Part shown: positions 1-8,676 of the stretch, piece by piece | Layout: every line of letters begins with the position of its first letter | How positions within the stretch are numbered: the first letter of the stretch is position 1 | Assembly: GCA_024686335.1 (NCBI GenBank) | Contig: JAILCI010000012.1 | Coordinates: forward strand, 71,979 to 135,978 | Reading direction: 5' to 3' | Source of the DNA: Bacteroidales bacterium | GTDB lineage: Bacteria > Bacteroidota > Bacteroidia > Bacteroidales > WCHB1-69 | Length of the DNA stretch: 64,000 nucleotides | The notes under the pieces: generated by a model | Databases searched by the model: none | What the model was told of the DNA's origin: nothing | What the model saw: only the letters and a program-made list of their open reading frames with translations | Position numbers and translations under genes: made by a program

Positions 1-2595
1 GAGCATAACTGTGGTGATGCAAGCTGTGTCACGAACAATGGTATCAATCCTGTTCCGAAGTTCCACAACTCTTCAATTCAGAAGAAAGTTCTCTATAAGG
101 CACAGAATACCGCTCTTACCTCAGCTGCTTCCTTTGCACTTCAGAACTATCGTTGGAACACTCGTTTCAAGATGAACTACACTTGCGAGTCTCCGAAGGC
201 CACGATTACTATCAATACTACTATCCCGCAGCACGATGTGGGTGTTACTGCAATCAATGCACCTGTCACACCGAGCAACACTTACACTGCTAACAACCCT
301 GTTCAAGTTGTTGTCAAGAACTTCGGTTCTCAGGCTGCATCCAACTTCCCGGTTTCATATCAGTTGGCAAACGGCACACCTGTGACCCAAAACTATACTG
401 GCAACTTGGCTGCTGGTGCTACTGCTACCGTGAACTTCACCACAACTTGTGATCTTACATCTGTTTATTATGATACTCCGTTCAAGGCTTATACTGGTCT
501 CTCATCAGATACATATCATAACAACGATACTTTGACCATCATGGTTCGCAAGGAAGATCCATGTATCTCTCGTCCGTTGTCATTAGCAACTGGTGCTGAT
601 ATTTCCAATGTCACTTTCGCCGGTATTAATAATGGTACAGGTACTCCATATACCAACTATACTCCTGCTGGAGACGGTTTGTATACCGATTATACTACTA
701 CCGTTGCTCCTGGTGAGCTCGTGTTGGGTCAGTCTTATCAGATGGCCATCACTCACTCTTTCACCACGACTGCTACGGCTACTGTTTACAAGACTGTCTA
801 CATCGATTACAACCGTAATGGTTCCTTCGAGACAAACGAGCAGGTATTCACTTCTGGTGCTGTGGCTGGAGGTCAGGCCAATGCTACTACCAATACCACG
901 ATCACTGTGCCCACAACGGCTACTTTAGGCCTCACCCGTATGCGCGTTATCTGTGCTGCCGGTAACTATACCAACGCTTGTGGTACATATAACTATGCTG
1001 GTGAAACAGAGGATTACGCTATCTTGATGTCTCCTCCAGTGTCAACCGATATGGGTATTGTTAATTACATTCATCCTGTAGGTACAGTTTGCCAAGATGG
1101 TAGTGCTACCATCCGCATCAGAGTGAGAAACTACGGTTCTCAAGCTCAGACATTGTCTGTAGATAATCCGCTGGCTTTGACCGTTAATGTTACGGGCGCT
1201 GCAACAGGTACGTATACTACCTCATTGACTGAAGGTACATATCAACCTTATGAGGATATTATCATGTCCATCAGCAATGTGAACTTGGGTGCTGCTGGTG
1301 ATTATACTTTGAATGCTACCATTACCTACAATGGTGACCTCTACCTGACGAACAATACGATGGCAGGTACTGCTCATGTTGATGCTGGTGCTTCTGCAAT
1401 CCCGTTCTTGGAGACCTTCGATTCTGGTACTGGCTCAGATGGTGAATACCACTTCACCACTGACTGGACCCTGGATCAGTCTGCTGCTAACTACAAGTGG
1501 GCCGTATATCAAGGTGCCAGCCCGAATGCTAACACTAACGGTGGTCCTGCTAATGACCATACTCAAGATGGTACAGTCTTTGAACAGTTCGGTCGTTATG
1601 CCGCAGTACAAGGTATTAACGGCAGCAACAACTCCACCAAGTGGACCACACTTACATCTAAGTGTCTCAACCTCCACTATCAGAATGGTTATCCTGCTGA
1701 GTTGTCCTTCTATGACTATTTCACCGGTCCGAACACCTCTAACTTCGTTATGACTGTCGAGGTTGGCTCTGGTGACAACTTCATACCTGTTGATACTTTG
1801 ACGAAAGAGGATGGCGAGACTGGTGTATGGTCCAGACACGTCCTTGCTCTCATCGGTTACGATGAGGTGGGCCAAATTCGTTTCAGAATGACTGGTCAAG
1901 TCAATAAGATTGACCCGGCAATTGACGATGTCAATGTAACTCCTGGTCTCCCAGATCTCGCTGTTCAGCAGTTTGTTTATCCGTATGACTTCAATGATGC
2001 TGATCACCAAGGTGAGTGTCTCCAATTCACAGATACCATCCATCCTATCGTTCGTTTCTACAACAACGGTGACTCTCCGATTTCAGAATTCGATGCTATG
2101 TGTGAGATGGCTGTGGGTGTTGTGAAAGACACTATTATAGAGCACGTAATAGCAGAGATTATGCCTGGTGAGAGCTATGACTATGAGTTTGTTGAGGGAT
2201 TCGTAATTCCTGAGAACGTTTACTACTGTCAGTTCGCTGCCTTCTGTATCATCGATTTGGATAAGGATCTTACCAACAACACGAAGCGTGTCATTCCTTG
2301 TACTTCTCTCGATATTGAGTCCTACGAGGCTGAGCAAGGCGTTGTCCTGAATCAGAACATGCCTAACCCGGCAGTGGATCAGACGACCATCGTTTACCTG
2401 TTGCCTGATTTCGGCAAGACAACCCTCCAGGTTTACTCCGCTATGGGTCAGCTGCTCTATACAGATGCTCAGGATGGCGTTTATGGTCAGAACCAATATG
2501 ACATCAAGACTGCCAACTTGGCTGCTGGTGTTTACTACTATACGTTGACTTACAAAGACGTAGTGCTAACCAAGAAGATGGTTATTCAAAAATAA
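1..2595 (+). CDS. T9SS-sorted cell-surface protein, 5'-truncated by the window edge (CARDB-like repeats, GEVED-like and MAM-like segments, C-terminal sorting domain)
   Basis: Frame 1 has no stop from nt 1, so the ATG at 172 is internal and the gene starts upstream. It has repeated 'V.V.N.GS.AA.NF.V' CARDB-like units and a 'YAGETEDYAI' GEVED-like motif. The last ~80 aa (NPAVDQTTIVY..LQVYSAMGQLLY..AAGVYYYTL..KKMVIQK) look like a type-A T9SS C-terminal domain. Confidence 0.75.
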   Translation, partial: EHNCGDASCVTNNGINPVPKFHNSSIQKKVLYKAQNTALTSAASFALQNYRWNTRFKMNYTCESPKATITINTTIPQHDVGVTAINAPVTPSNTYTANNPVQVVVKNFGSQAASNFPVSYQLANGTPVTQNYTGNLAAGATATVNFTTTCDLTSVYYDTPFKAYTGLSSDTYHNNDTLTIMVRKEDPCISRPLSLATGADISNVTFAGINNGTGTPYTNYTPAGDGLYTDYTTTVAPGELVLGQSYQMAITHSFTTTATATVYKTVYIDYNRNGSFETNEQVFTSGAVAGGQANATTNTTITVPTTATLGLTRMRVICAAGNYTNACGTYNYAGETEDYAILMSPPVSTDMGIVNYIHPVGTVCQDGSATIRIRVRNYGSQAQTLSVDNPLALTVNVTGAATGTYTTSLTEGTYQPYEDIIMSISNVNLGAAGDYTLNATITYNGDLYLTNNTMAGTAHVDAGASAIPFLETFDSGTGSDGEYHFTTDWTLDQSAANYKWAVYQGASPNANTNGGPANDHTQDGTVFEQFGRYAAVQGINGSNNSTKWTTLTSKCLNLHYQNGYPAELSFYDYFTGPNTSNFVMTVEVGSGDNFIPVDTLTKEDGETGVWSRHVLALIGYDEVGQIRFRMTGQVNKIDPAIDDVNVTPGLPDLAVQQFVYPYDFNDADHQGECLQFTDTIHPIVRFYNNGDSPISEFDAMCEMAVGVVKDTIIEHVIAEIMPGESYDYEFVEGFVIPENVYYCQFAAFCIIDLDKDLTNNTKRVIPCTSLDIESYEAEQGVVLNQNMPNPAVDQTTIVYLLPDFGKTTLQVYSAMGQLLYTDAQDGVYGQNQYDIKTANLAAGVYYYTLTYKDVVLTKKMVIQK

Positions 2596-2616
2596 TCCGT
2601 CTTTTTAACATTCGTG

Positions 2617-2650
2617 AGACTACCCGGTCTAAAATCGGGTAGTCTTTTTT
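2617..2650 (+). terminator. Rho-independent terminator after the T9SS cargo gene
   Basis: Perfect 10-bp stem agactacccg / cgggtagtct with the 9-nt loop gtctaaaat, followed by a T-run (tttttt). Confidence 0.8.
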
Positions 2651-2665
2651 ATATCTACAACAGAA

Positions 2666-3910
2666 ATGATGATGATTAGAAGATTGACAAGTACGTTTTT
2701 ATGCCTGTTATTGATGGGTTTTGTTCAGGCTCAAGTTTTATCCGATGCGAAGGTGATTCCTGGGGCTTGGCGCAGCGACCGGTATATCGCTTTGCTTGAG
2801 GGCAAGAGAGTAGCTGTTTGTGGAAACCAGACATCTTTGGTGGATACTCTTTTCTTGCGTGAAGATTCTGTATCATCAGACTCTGATGCATCGCTAGAAA
2901 TGCCGCACCTGGTAGATGTTTTATTAGCAAATGGAGTGAATGTCGTTAAGATTTTCTGCCCAGAGCATGGTTTCCGTGGCAATGCTGAAGCTGGCGCACA
3001 TATTGCTTCCGGAGTGGACGCCAAGACCTCCTTGCCCATCGTATCTCTTTACGGAAAAAACAAGAAGCCACTGCCTTCACAGTTAGAAAATGTCGATGTG
3101 ATTGTTTTCGACTTGCAGGACGTCGGTTGTCGTTTCTATACCTATATCTCCACGCTTCACTATGTGATGGAGGCTGCTGCTGAGAACAATGTGGAGGTCA
3201 TTGTCTTGGATCGTCCTAATCCGAATGGTTATTTTGTCGATGGACCTGTTCTCCAGCCTAAGTGGCGTTCTTTCGTGGGAATGCATCCGGTGCCCGTAGT
3301 CTATGGTATGACGATAGGGGAGTATGCTTTTATGATCAATGGTCAAGGTTGGCTTGCAGGAGGGGTGAAGTGTGCATTGACGGTTATCCCTATCGATGGC
3401 TACACACATCAGACACGTTACTCATTGCCTGTTCGTCCGTCACCGAATTTGCCAAATGACGAGTCCATCTATCTTTATCCTTCTCTCTGTTTCTTTGAAG
3501 GAACGAACGTGAGCATTGGGCGCGGTACAGACTATCCGTTCCAGATGTATGGTTCGCCAAGCTTTACCAAAGGTGATTATACTTTTACTCCGCATCCTAT
3601 TAAGGGAGTTTCAGAGAATCCTCCATGCAAGGGGCAGCTCTGCCGCGGCTATTTTCTCCAACCTTATGCTCATGACTCTCTGAATGCATCTAATTGTCTC
3701 TCTTTGGATTATCTGATAAATGCCTATAGAAGTACTCCAGATAAGAGTACATTCTTCACGAATGCCGCCTTCTTCGATAAATTGGCTGGCACAGACCAGT
3801 TGCGCAATCAGATTATCAAAGGATACACCGAAGAACAGATCCGCGCCTCATGGCAGGCTGATCTGGATAGTTTTATGGTGATTAGAGGAAAGTATCTCTT
3901 GTACGAATAA
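2666..3910 (+). CDS. DUF1343 family exo-beta-N-acetylmuramidase (NamZ/YbbC-like)
   Basis: 414-aa ORF with an N-terminal signal peptide. Motifs VAVCGNQTS, PEHGFRG, FDLQDVGCRFYTYISTL, LDRPNPNG and GMHPVP are typical of the DUF1343/NamZ family. Confidence 0.8.
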   Translation: MMMIRRLTSTFLCLLLMGFVQAQVLSDAKVIPGAWRSDRYIALLEGKRVAVCGNQTSLVDTLFLREDSVSSDSDASLEMPHLVDVLLANGVNVVKIFCPEHGFRGNAEAGAHIASGVDAKTSLPIVSLYGKNKKPLPSQLENVDVIVFDLQDVGCRFYTYISTLHYVMEAAAENNVEVIVLDRPNPNGYFVDGPVLQPKWRSFVGMHPVPVVYGMTIGEYAFMINGQGWLAGGVKCALTVIPIDGYTHQTRYSLPVRPSPNLPNDESIYLYPSLCFFEGTNVSIGRGTDYPFQMYGSPSFTKGDYTFTPHPIKGVSENPPCKGQLCRGYFLQPYAHDSLNASNCLSLDYLINAYRSTPDKSTFFTNAAFFDKLAGTDQLRNQIIKGYTEEQIRASWQADLDSFMVIRGKYLLYE

Positions 3911-3916
3911 CGTTAG

Positions 3917-3979
3917 CTGTTTAGTTGTTTAACTGTTTAGTCGAACTTCTTTCAGTTCAACAATTCAACAACTAAACAG
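3917..3979. terminator. Long imperfect palindrome between convergent genes (probable bidirectional terminator)
   Basis: The 13-nt arm ctgtttagttgtt (3917-3929) pairs with aacaactaaacag (3967-3979). The element lies between the stops of the 2666-3910 (+) and 3993-5585 (-) genes. Internal direct repeats of ctgtttag and gttcaaca are present. Confidence 0.5.
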
Positions 3980-3992
3980 TTCAACATAAAAA

Positions 3993-5585
3993 TCACCACA
4001 TCCCATCAAACGTCGTCCAGATATAATCACCGAGTTTCCAAGCGTTTTCTACGGCGGTGTTGCCGCACTCGTTGGTGAAGTTGGTCAGCAAACGGATGGC
4101 CTCTTGTCGTTGACCATTGCGCAGCAGACGTAGGGCTTCAGTTTCCACTCTATAATGTTCTTCGATGAATTTCTTCTCAAGTGGTTGCCATGCTTGGTCG
4201 ATGACCACATGCATGTCGCCCCAGCGTTGGCATGCGATGGTGCCCACACGGTTGAAGGCCCACCAAGCTGCTTCTTTGCTGAAGCCAGTCTCGCGCCCAT
4301 CGGTTTTGTAGGTCGTAGGCAGGTCGGTGACATTGGCATAGATTGGCACATAGATGGAGGAGGCTACATTGTCGAGAGCGAACCAACAGAGGGCTCCCAC
4401 CTCATCGGGCAGGTCGGCACGGCATTGAATGATGGTGCCGTAGACGGTGAAGTGGACTGCGATATTACGCTCACCGAGTTCGTTCCAGCCGCCATTTACC
4501 TTGAAGAGTCTCAGTTCGTCGCCTTTCATGAAAGGGTTAGCCATTGGAGAGATGACCTGTTTGCCATCCTTGTCGGCTACGGTCAAGTTCTTGCGCATGT
4601 CGTAAGGAGTGCCCTCGTAGTAGTCTTTGAAGACACTCATCATTTTCTCAAGTGTCACCAGCGTGTCAGGTTTTACTGAGAAGGGGTAGTTTTCGGAATT
4701 CGGATCCAGATGCAGAGAGGGGGCGAGGAGGTCGAAGACGCGCCACTCGCGGCGACGACAGGCAATCATCGTTCTGCTCTGCGGAGCGTAAGCATAGGCG
4801 AAGCGGAAGGTCTCTTTGCCATCCCACCAGCCGTTCTCCTTGGCGAGACTGTATACATTGTCGGAGGCCATGAAATAGTCCTTGTTTTTCAAGTCTATCT
4901 TGCGGATGGTGGAAGCATTGGCGTTGACAGCCACATGATCATCTGGTACGCGCTGTGCTGCCCATACGGCACCCATCTTGCCCTTACCGGGACCTAAGAT
5001 CTCCAGATGCCACACCTCATTCTTGTCAGCGATGGTCAGACACTCGCCAGCATCAATCCAGCCATACTCTTTCAATAGTTCGCCAGCAGTCTTGATAGCC
5101 TCTCGAGCCGTCTTGCAGCGCTGCAGCAACAGCATGCAGAGACGCTGGCAGTCAATAAGACCACTATCGGACTTCAGCTCTGAACGTCCACCGAAGGTCG
5201 ATTCACCAATTGCCAATTGATATTCGTTGACGCAGGGATAAGCTGTGTTCAAAAATTGGTTGGTGTGTGCCACTTGTGGGATGTCACCTACGGGAATATC
5301 GGCATAACGGTTCATCTTACCTGGCTCGTTAGGGGCCCAGACACGTTTGTAGAGAGTTTGACGCTCGCCCTTTTGATGGTCGGCAGCGGGTTCTACCATG
5401 ATGTTGGTGCGTGAGCGGTGACTGTCATCGGTGTGGGAGGTTATCACGGAACCGTCCGCGGAGGCTTTCTTGCCGATGGTGATACTGGTACACTCCATAC
5501 CCTCGGTCATGGGGTCTACTTGCTGTGCTGAAAGAGTAACTACACTAAAGATGATAACGCTGATTAGGATGATTTTTCGTAACAT
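3993..5585 (-). CDS. C69 family dipeptidase (secreted)
   Basis: 530-aa ORF with a signal peptide, then 'CTSITIGKKASADGSVITSHTDDS' (N-terminal nucleophile Cys context of peptidase C69). Size and overall pattern fit the family. Confidence 0.8.
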   Translation of the reverse strand: MLRKIILISVIIFSVVTLSAQQVDPMTEGMECTSITIGKKASADGSVITSHTDDSHRSRTNIMVEPAADHQKGERQTLYKRVWAPNEPGKMNRYADIPVGDIPQVAHTNQFLNTAYPCVNEYQLAIGESTFGGRSELKSDSGLIDCQRLCMLLLQRCKTAREAIKTAGELLKEYGWIDAGECLTIADKNEVWHLEILGPGKGKMGAVWAAQRVPDDHVAVNANASTIRKIDLKNKDYFMASDNVYSLAKENGWWDGKETFRFAYAYAPQSRTMIACRRREWRVFDLLAPSLHLDPNSENYPFSVKPDTLVTLEKMMSVFKDYYEGTPYDMRKNLTVADKDGKQVISPMANPFMKGDELRLFKVNGGWNELGERNIAVHFTVYGTIIQCRADLPDEVGALCWFALDNVASSIYVPIYANVTDLPTTYKTDGRETGFSKEAAWWAFNRVGTIACQRWGDMHVVIDQAWQPLEKKFIEEHYRVETEALRLLRNGQRQEAIRLLTNFTNECGNTAVENAWKLGDYIWTTFDGMW

Positions 5586-5605
5586 GTCTTATGTTTTATA
5601 AATTA

Positions 5606-8068
5606 TTATTCTAGGTCGTCTTTCTCTGAATCTCCGTCGCCGCTCTTGCCCTTTGATTCGAGTTCCATCTTACCGAAGCGGAAGGTTATGCCAGCCGAGA
5701 TGAATCGGCTGTTGCGCTTGTTTGTAGAGGTGGAGATGAGATACGGGTTGTTATTCTCACTGGTCGTTTTGTTCCAGTTGAATATATCGTTGACGTTCAG
5801 GTGGATAGATATCTTGCGGTCCAGGAAACTGGCGCGGAGGCCCGCGTCTATGGAGTAGCGTGGTTTCGTGGTGCTGAACAGGGTTATGTTTTTGGACTTG
5901 TAGTTGGCGGAAGCGAAGACCTCCAGGACTTTCCACAGTTTGGCCCAGTAGTTGATACGGAAACTGTAGCCGAGGTTGGAAAACTCGCGCGGGTCACTCT
6001 CGTCGCGAAACTGATAAAGCGAGTGGTCGTAGTAGACGTTGCCATAAAAGCGGATGCTCATGAAGGCTTTGAGACGGTAGGTGACGTTCACTTCTGCACC
6101 GGTGTTGATGGACTTGCCAGCGTTGACGGGCATGGAGAAGGTGACAATGCGCCCGTAGAAGTCGCTGTAGGTGACGTCGTTCAGCGTGGAGACCTTGTTG
6201 TTTGAGTTGCGGAAGTAGGCCGTGACACCCACGGATCCAAACTTGCGGAAGAACTTGGTCCATCCTGCTTCTACAACATTGGTAGGTGATACTAACAACG
6301 CTGGATTTCCGGTGGAGTAGCTGTCTTCGCCATAGTTGATGTAGGTGGAGAGTTGCGAGGCTGAAGGCTGGCTGACACGGCGCGTGTAGCTCAACTTCAG
6401 GTTGTGCATGCTCTTGGTTCTGTAACTCAGATGCAGGGAGGGGTAGAGGCTCCAGTAGGTCTTCTGAACATTGTCAGTCGGAGAGTTGAGAATGTCATAC
6501 TTCTGCGCGTTTATCTCGGAGCGGAGGCCTGCCTTGATGGTGAAACCGCCAAACTTATGCTGAATGGTGACGTATTGTCCGCTTCTCAAGCGTTGAGTTC
6601 GGGAGTCTATAAAGCGGATGGAGTCTAAAACGAAAAGATTGTCAGAAAGATATACGAGTGTGTCTTGGCTGTTCGTTGAACCGTTTTTTGAATAGTTGGC
6701 GCTGACGCCAGCTGAGATTTCTCCGTTTTTATGGTAGGGGATGGAATAGTCGATGCTTCCATTAATATTGTAACTGAAACCACGGTTGGTGTCAAGCCGG
6801 ACTCTGTCCATATAGTCCTGCATGAGATAGTCGCGGTTGTAGGAACCGTTTGACCCGTTAGTGTTGAGGCTGAAGCCTACATTTGCGGTGATTTTATGGC
6901 CTTCTTGCTTGAATTTATGCTCGAACCACATTCCGCCATTACCGCCAAGACTATATGATCTGCTGTCTGACAGAGAGTTGTAGTCAAAGAGCTCCTCAAC
7001 AGGAATCATCTCCAGGCGTATGTCATGAAGTTTGCTGTAGTTCCATCTCATGTTGGGGTTGGAACCAATCCAGAAGCCTAGTGAGTTGGAGCTGTCGATG
7101 GTATAGGTGCCGTGGAAGAAAAGGTTGCCGTTGAGTCTGCGTGTGCGGGAGAAACTGGTGTCGGTCTCCACGCTGGCGGTGTCCATGTCGTCGTTAAAAC
7201 GGGTGAGATAGCTGGTCTTGTTATTTCGCGTGCCAGAGTATCCAGTGTTGAGGTATAGGTTGAGGGAGAGCTTTTTGTTGGCCCATACGTATGAGAACCA
7301 AGGGGAGACATTAGGCCGTGAGGAGCCATTGACGCCGAAGCTGAAGAATTCGTTTTTCTTGATAGCGCTGGTAGTGACGATGTTGATGATGCCGCCGTCG
7401 CTGTTGGTGCCGTATTTAGCGGAGGGGTTTGTGATGACCTCAATACGCGAGATGCTGTTTGCGGGCAGCTGTTGGATGAATTCCTTGAGACTCTCTTCTG
7501 TCAGGTTCGAGGGTTTGTCGTTGAGCCAGATCTCTACGGATGAGACGCCTCGCAGGGTGATGTTGCCCTCGATGTCGACCTCCACGCCGGGAGCGTTCTG
7601 CAGAGCATCGGCGGCGGTACCAGTCTGTACCATCGGGTCCTCATCGACATTATATAGAGTCTTTTCGCCCTCCATCATAAAGAGCGGTTTTTCTGTGGTG
7701 ACGCTCACCTCGCCCAGCATGGTGGCGGCCTTGTGAAGCCAGATTGTACCCATTTGGATGTTACGTTCACTACCATTGACGGCCAAGGAAAGGGTAGGGG
7801 TGTCGTAGCCATAGAGGATTACCTTTAGAAAGTAGTTACCTGCGGGGACATCGTCCAGTTGAAAGTGGCCGTTGCTCTCTGTGTAGGTGACGGCGACATT
7901 GCGCATGGAGGTGTCGGTAGTGGTGAGTACAACTGTTGCGTAGAAGATCTTCTGCCCGTTGGTGGTGTCGCAGACGGTTCCTTGTACACGATAGTCCTGG
8001 GCGTATAGTACTTGAATAGAAAGCAAAAAAGTAGCCAGGAGAACGCTCAATCGAAGAAACTTCATCAT
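5606..8068 (-). CDS. TonB-dependent-receptor-like outer-membrane beta-barrel protein with an N-terminal carboxypeptidase-regulatory-like domain
   Basis: The ORF track extends to 8272, but that extension is the antisense of the tRNA-Leu gene. Start MMKFLRLSVLL.. at 8068/8065 gives a signal peptide. A -7 box lies 19-26 nt upstream. Also present are a CarboxypepD_reg-like 'YRVQGTVCD..GNYFLKV', a plug-like segment, and a C-terminal 'GITFRFG' barrel end. Confidence 0.8.
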   Translation of the reverse strand: MMKFLRLSVLLATFLLSIQVLYAQDYRVQGTVCDTTNGQKIFYATVVLTTTDTSMRNVAVTYTESNGHFQLDDVPAGNYFLKVILYGYDTPTLSLAVNGSERNIQMGTIWLHKAATMLGEVSVTTEKPLFMMEGEKTLYNVDEDPMVQTGTAADALQNAPGVEVDIEGNITLRGVSSVEIWLNDKPSNLTEESLKEFIQQLPANSISRIEVITNPSAKYGTNSDGGIINIVTTSAIKKNEFFSFGVNGSSRPNVSPWFSYVWANKKLSLNLYLNTGYSGTRNNKTSYLTRFNDDMDTASVETDTSFSRTRRLNGNLFFHGTYTIDSSNSLGFWIGSNPNMRWNYSKLHDIRLEMIPVEELFDYNSLSDSRSYSLGGNGGMWFEHKFKQEGHKITANVGFSLNTNGSNGSYNRDYLMQDYMDRVRLDTNRGFSYNINGSIDYSIPYHKNGEISAGVSANYSKNGSTNSQDTLVYLSDNLFVLDSIRFIDSRTQRLRSGQYVTIQHKFGGFTIKAGLRSEINAQKYDILNSPTDNVQKTYWSLYPSLHLSYRTKSMHNLKLSYTRRVSQPSASQLSTYINYGEDSYSTGNPALLVSPTNVVEAGWTKFFRKFGSVGVTAYFRNSNNKVSTLNDVTYSDFYGRIVTFSMPVNAGKSINTGAEVNVTYRLKAFMSIRFYGNVYYDHSLYQFRDESDPREFSNLGYSFRINYWAKLWKVLEVFASANYKSKNITLFSTTKPRYSIDAGLRASFLDRKISIHLNVNDIFNWNKTTSENNNPYLISTSTNKRNSRFISAGITFRFGKMELESKGKSGDGDSEKDDLE

Positions 8069-8086
8069 GTTTGAAAATTTAAGGCG

Positions 8087-8094
8087 CAAAGATA
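8087..8094 (-). promoter_or_regulatory. Candidate Bacteroidetes sigma-A -7 box (TAnnTTTG) for the 5606-8068 gene
   Basis: The plus strand reads caaagata, which is tatctttg on the minus strand, 19-26 nt upstream of the ATG at 8068. Confidence 0.5.
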
Positions 8095-8107
8095 TGTATT
8101 TTTTTCC

Positions 8108-8115
8108 TATTTTTG
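8108..8115 (+). promoter_or_regulatory. Candidate -7 box (TAnnTTTG) for tRNA-Leu
   Basis: tatttttg ends 19 nt upstream of the tRNA 5' end at 8134. Confidence 0.5.
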
Positions 8116-8133
8116 CGCCCTCATTTGAGACCT

Positions 8134-8214
8134 GCGGATGTGGCGTAATGGTAGCCGCGCCAGACTTAGGATCTGGTGGCGAGAGCCGTGGGGGTTCGAG
8201 TCCCCCCATCCGCA
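8134..8214 (+). tRNA. tRNA-Leu (anticodon UAG), class II with long variable arm, CCA not encoded
   Basis: Hand fold. Acceptor gcggatg/catccgc (7 bp). D-stem gcg/cgc with GG in the loop. Anticodon stem ccaga/tctgg with loop c-t-TAG-g-a. 13-nt variable arm (ggc-gaga-gcc). T-arm ggggg-ttcgagt-ccccc. Discriminator A. Confidence 0.9.
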
Positions 8215-8225
8215 CTTTTTGACGA

Positions 8226-8255
8226 GGGTTGACGTGCGTGTCAGCTCTTTTTTTT
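8226..8255 (+). terminator. Rho-independent terminator after tRNA-Leu
   Basis: 8-bp stem (gggttgac / gtcagctc, two G-U pairs), 6-nt loop gtgcgt, then a run of 8 T (8248-8255). Confidence 0.6.
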
Positions 8256-8514
8256 AGTGCGTTTTTTAGCATTATTTTATTTTTTTTCTACGTTTTTCTT
8301 CCTTTGTGAGAGACTGTTTTTCAACAGAAGTAGGCTGTTTTTTGAATTGTTGATATTGTTTATAACATGTATTATCGTAAAAATAATAAAAATTAATACA
8401 CTGTATATCAATATTTTACATAATATTTTGTCATAAAAAGTTATGAACAACGCTATTTAATAACTTTATGTTAAATAGGACCAAATTGGGCAGTGAAATG
8501 GTTAAAAAAAGAAG

Positions 8515-8522
8515 TATTTTTG
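8515..8522 (+). promoter_or_regulatory. Candidate -7 box (TAnnTTTG) for the giant surface-protein gene, implying a ~150-nt 5' UTR
   Basis: tatttttg lies within the AT-rich spacer and is the only exact TAnnTTTG I found between the tRNA terminator and the ATG at 8677. Confidence 0.4.
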
Positions 8523-8676
8523 CAACTTAATTGGATATTGTCCGTATAATCTTGCATTTGGAAAGATTGTGTCCCGAGCCGAAGTACAACTTAGAGTGTG
8601 GAAATGTAGAGGCGAGAGTTGTATGAACGATGACGGGTTTTATAGATTGATTGTAATAAAAATTTAAAATAGTACT

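Noticed and set aside
8134-8214. tRNA-Leu as the attachment site of an integrated element carrying the giant gene.
   Set aside because: No integrase, excisionase or mobility gene is present. The only downstream echo of the tRNA 3' end I found is a 9-nt match (gagtccccc at 26852-26860) inside a CDS, which is consistent with chance.
8069-8272. The N-terminal extension of ORF 5606-8272 ('..GGLEPPRLSPPDPKSGAATITPHP..').
   Set aside because: This stretch is the reverse-complement translation of the tRNA-Leu gene and its terminator. A signal-peptide start (MMKFLRL) with a -7 box exists at 8068.
8273-8676. An invertible promoter (inverton) upstream of the giant surface gene.
   Set aside because: I searched the spacer by eye for flanking inverted repeats of 12 nt or more. 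I found only short ones (6-8 nt, for example aaagttat/ataacttt at ~8438-8469). No recombinase gene is nearby. This cannot be excluded without a computational IR scan and read-orientation analysis.
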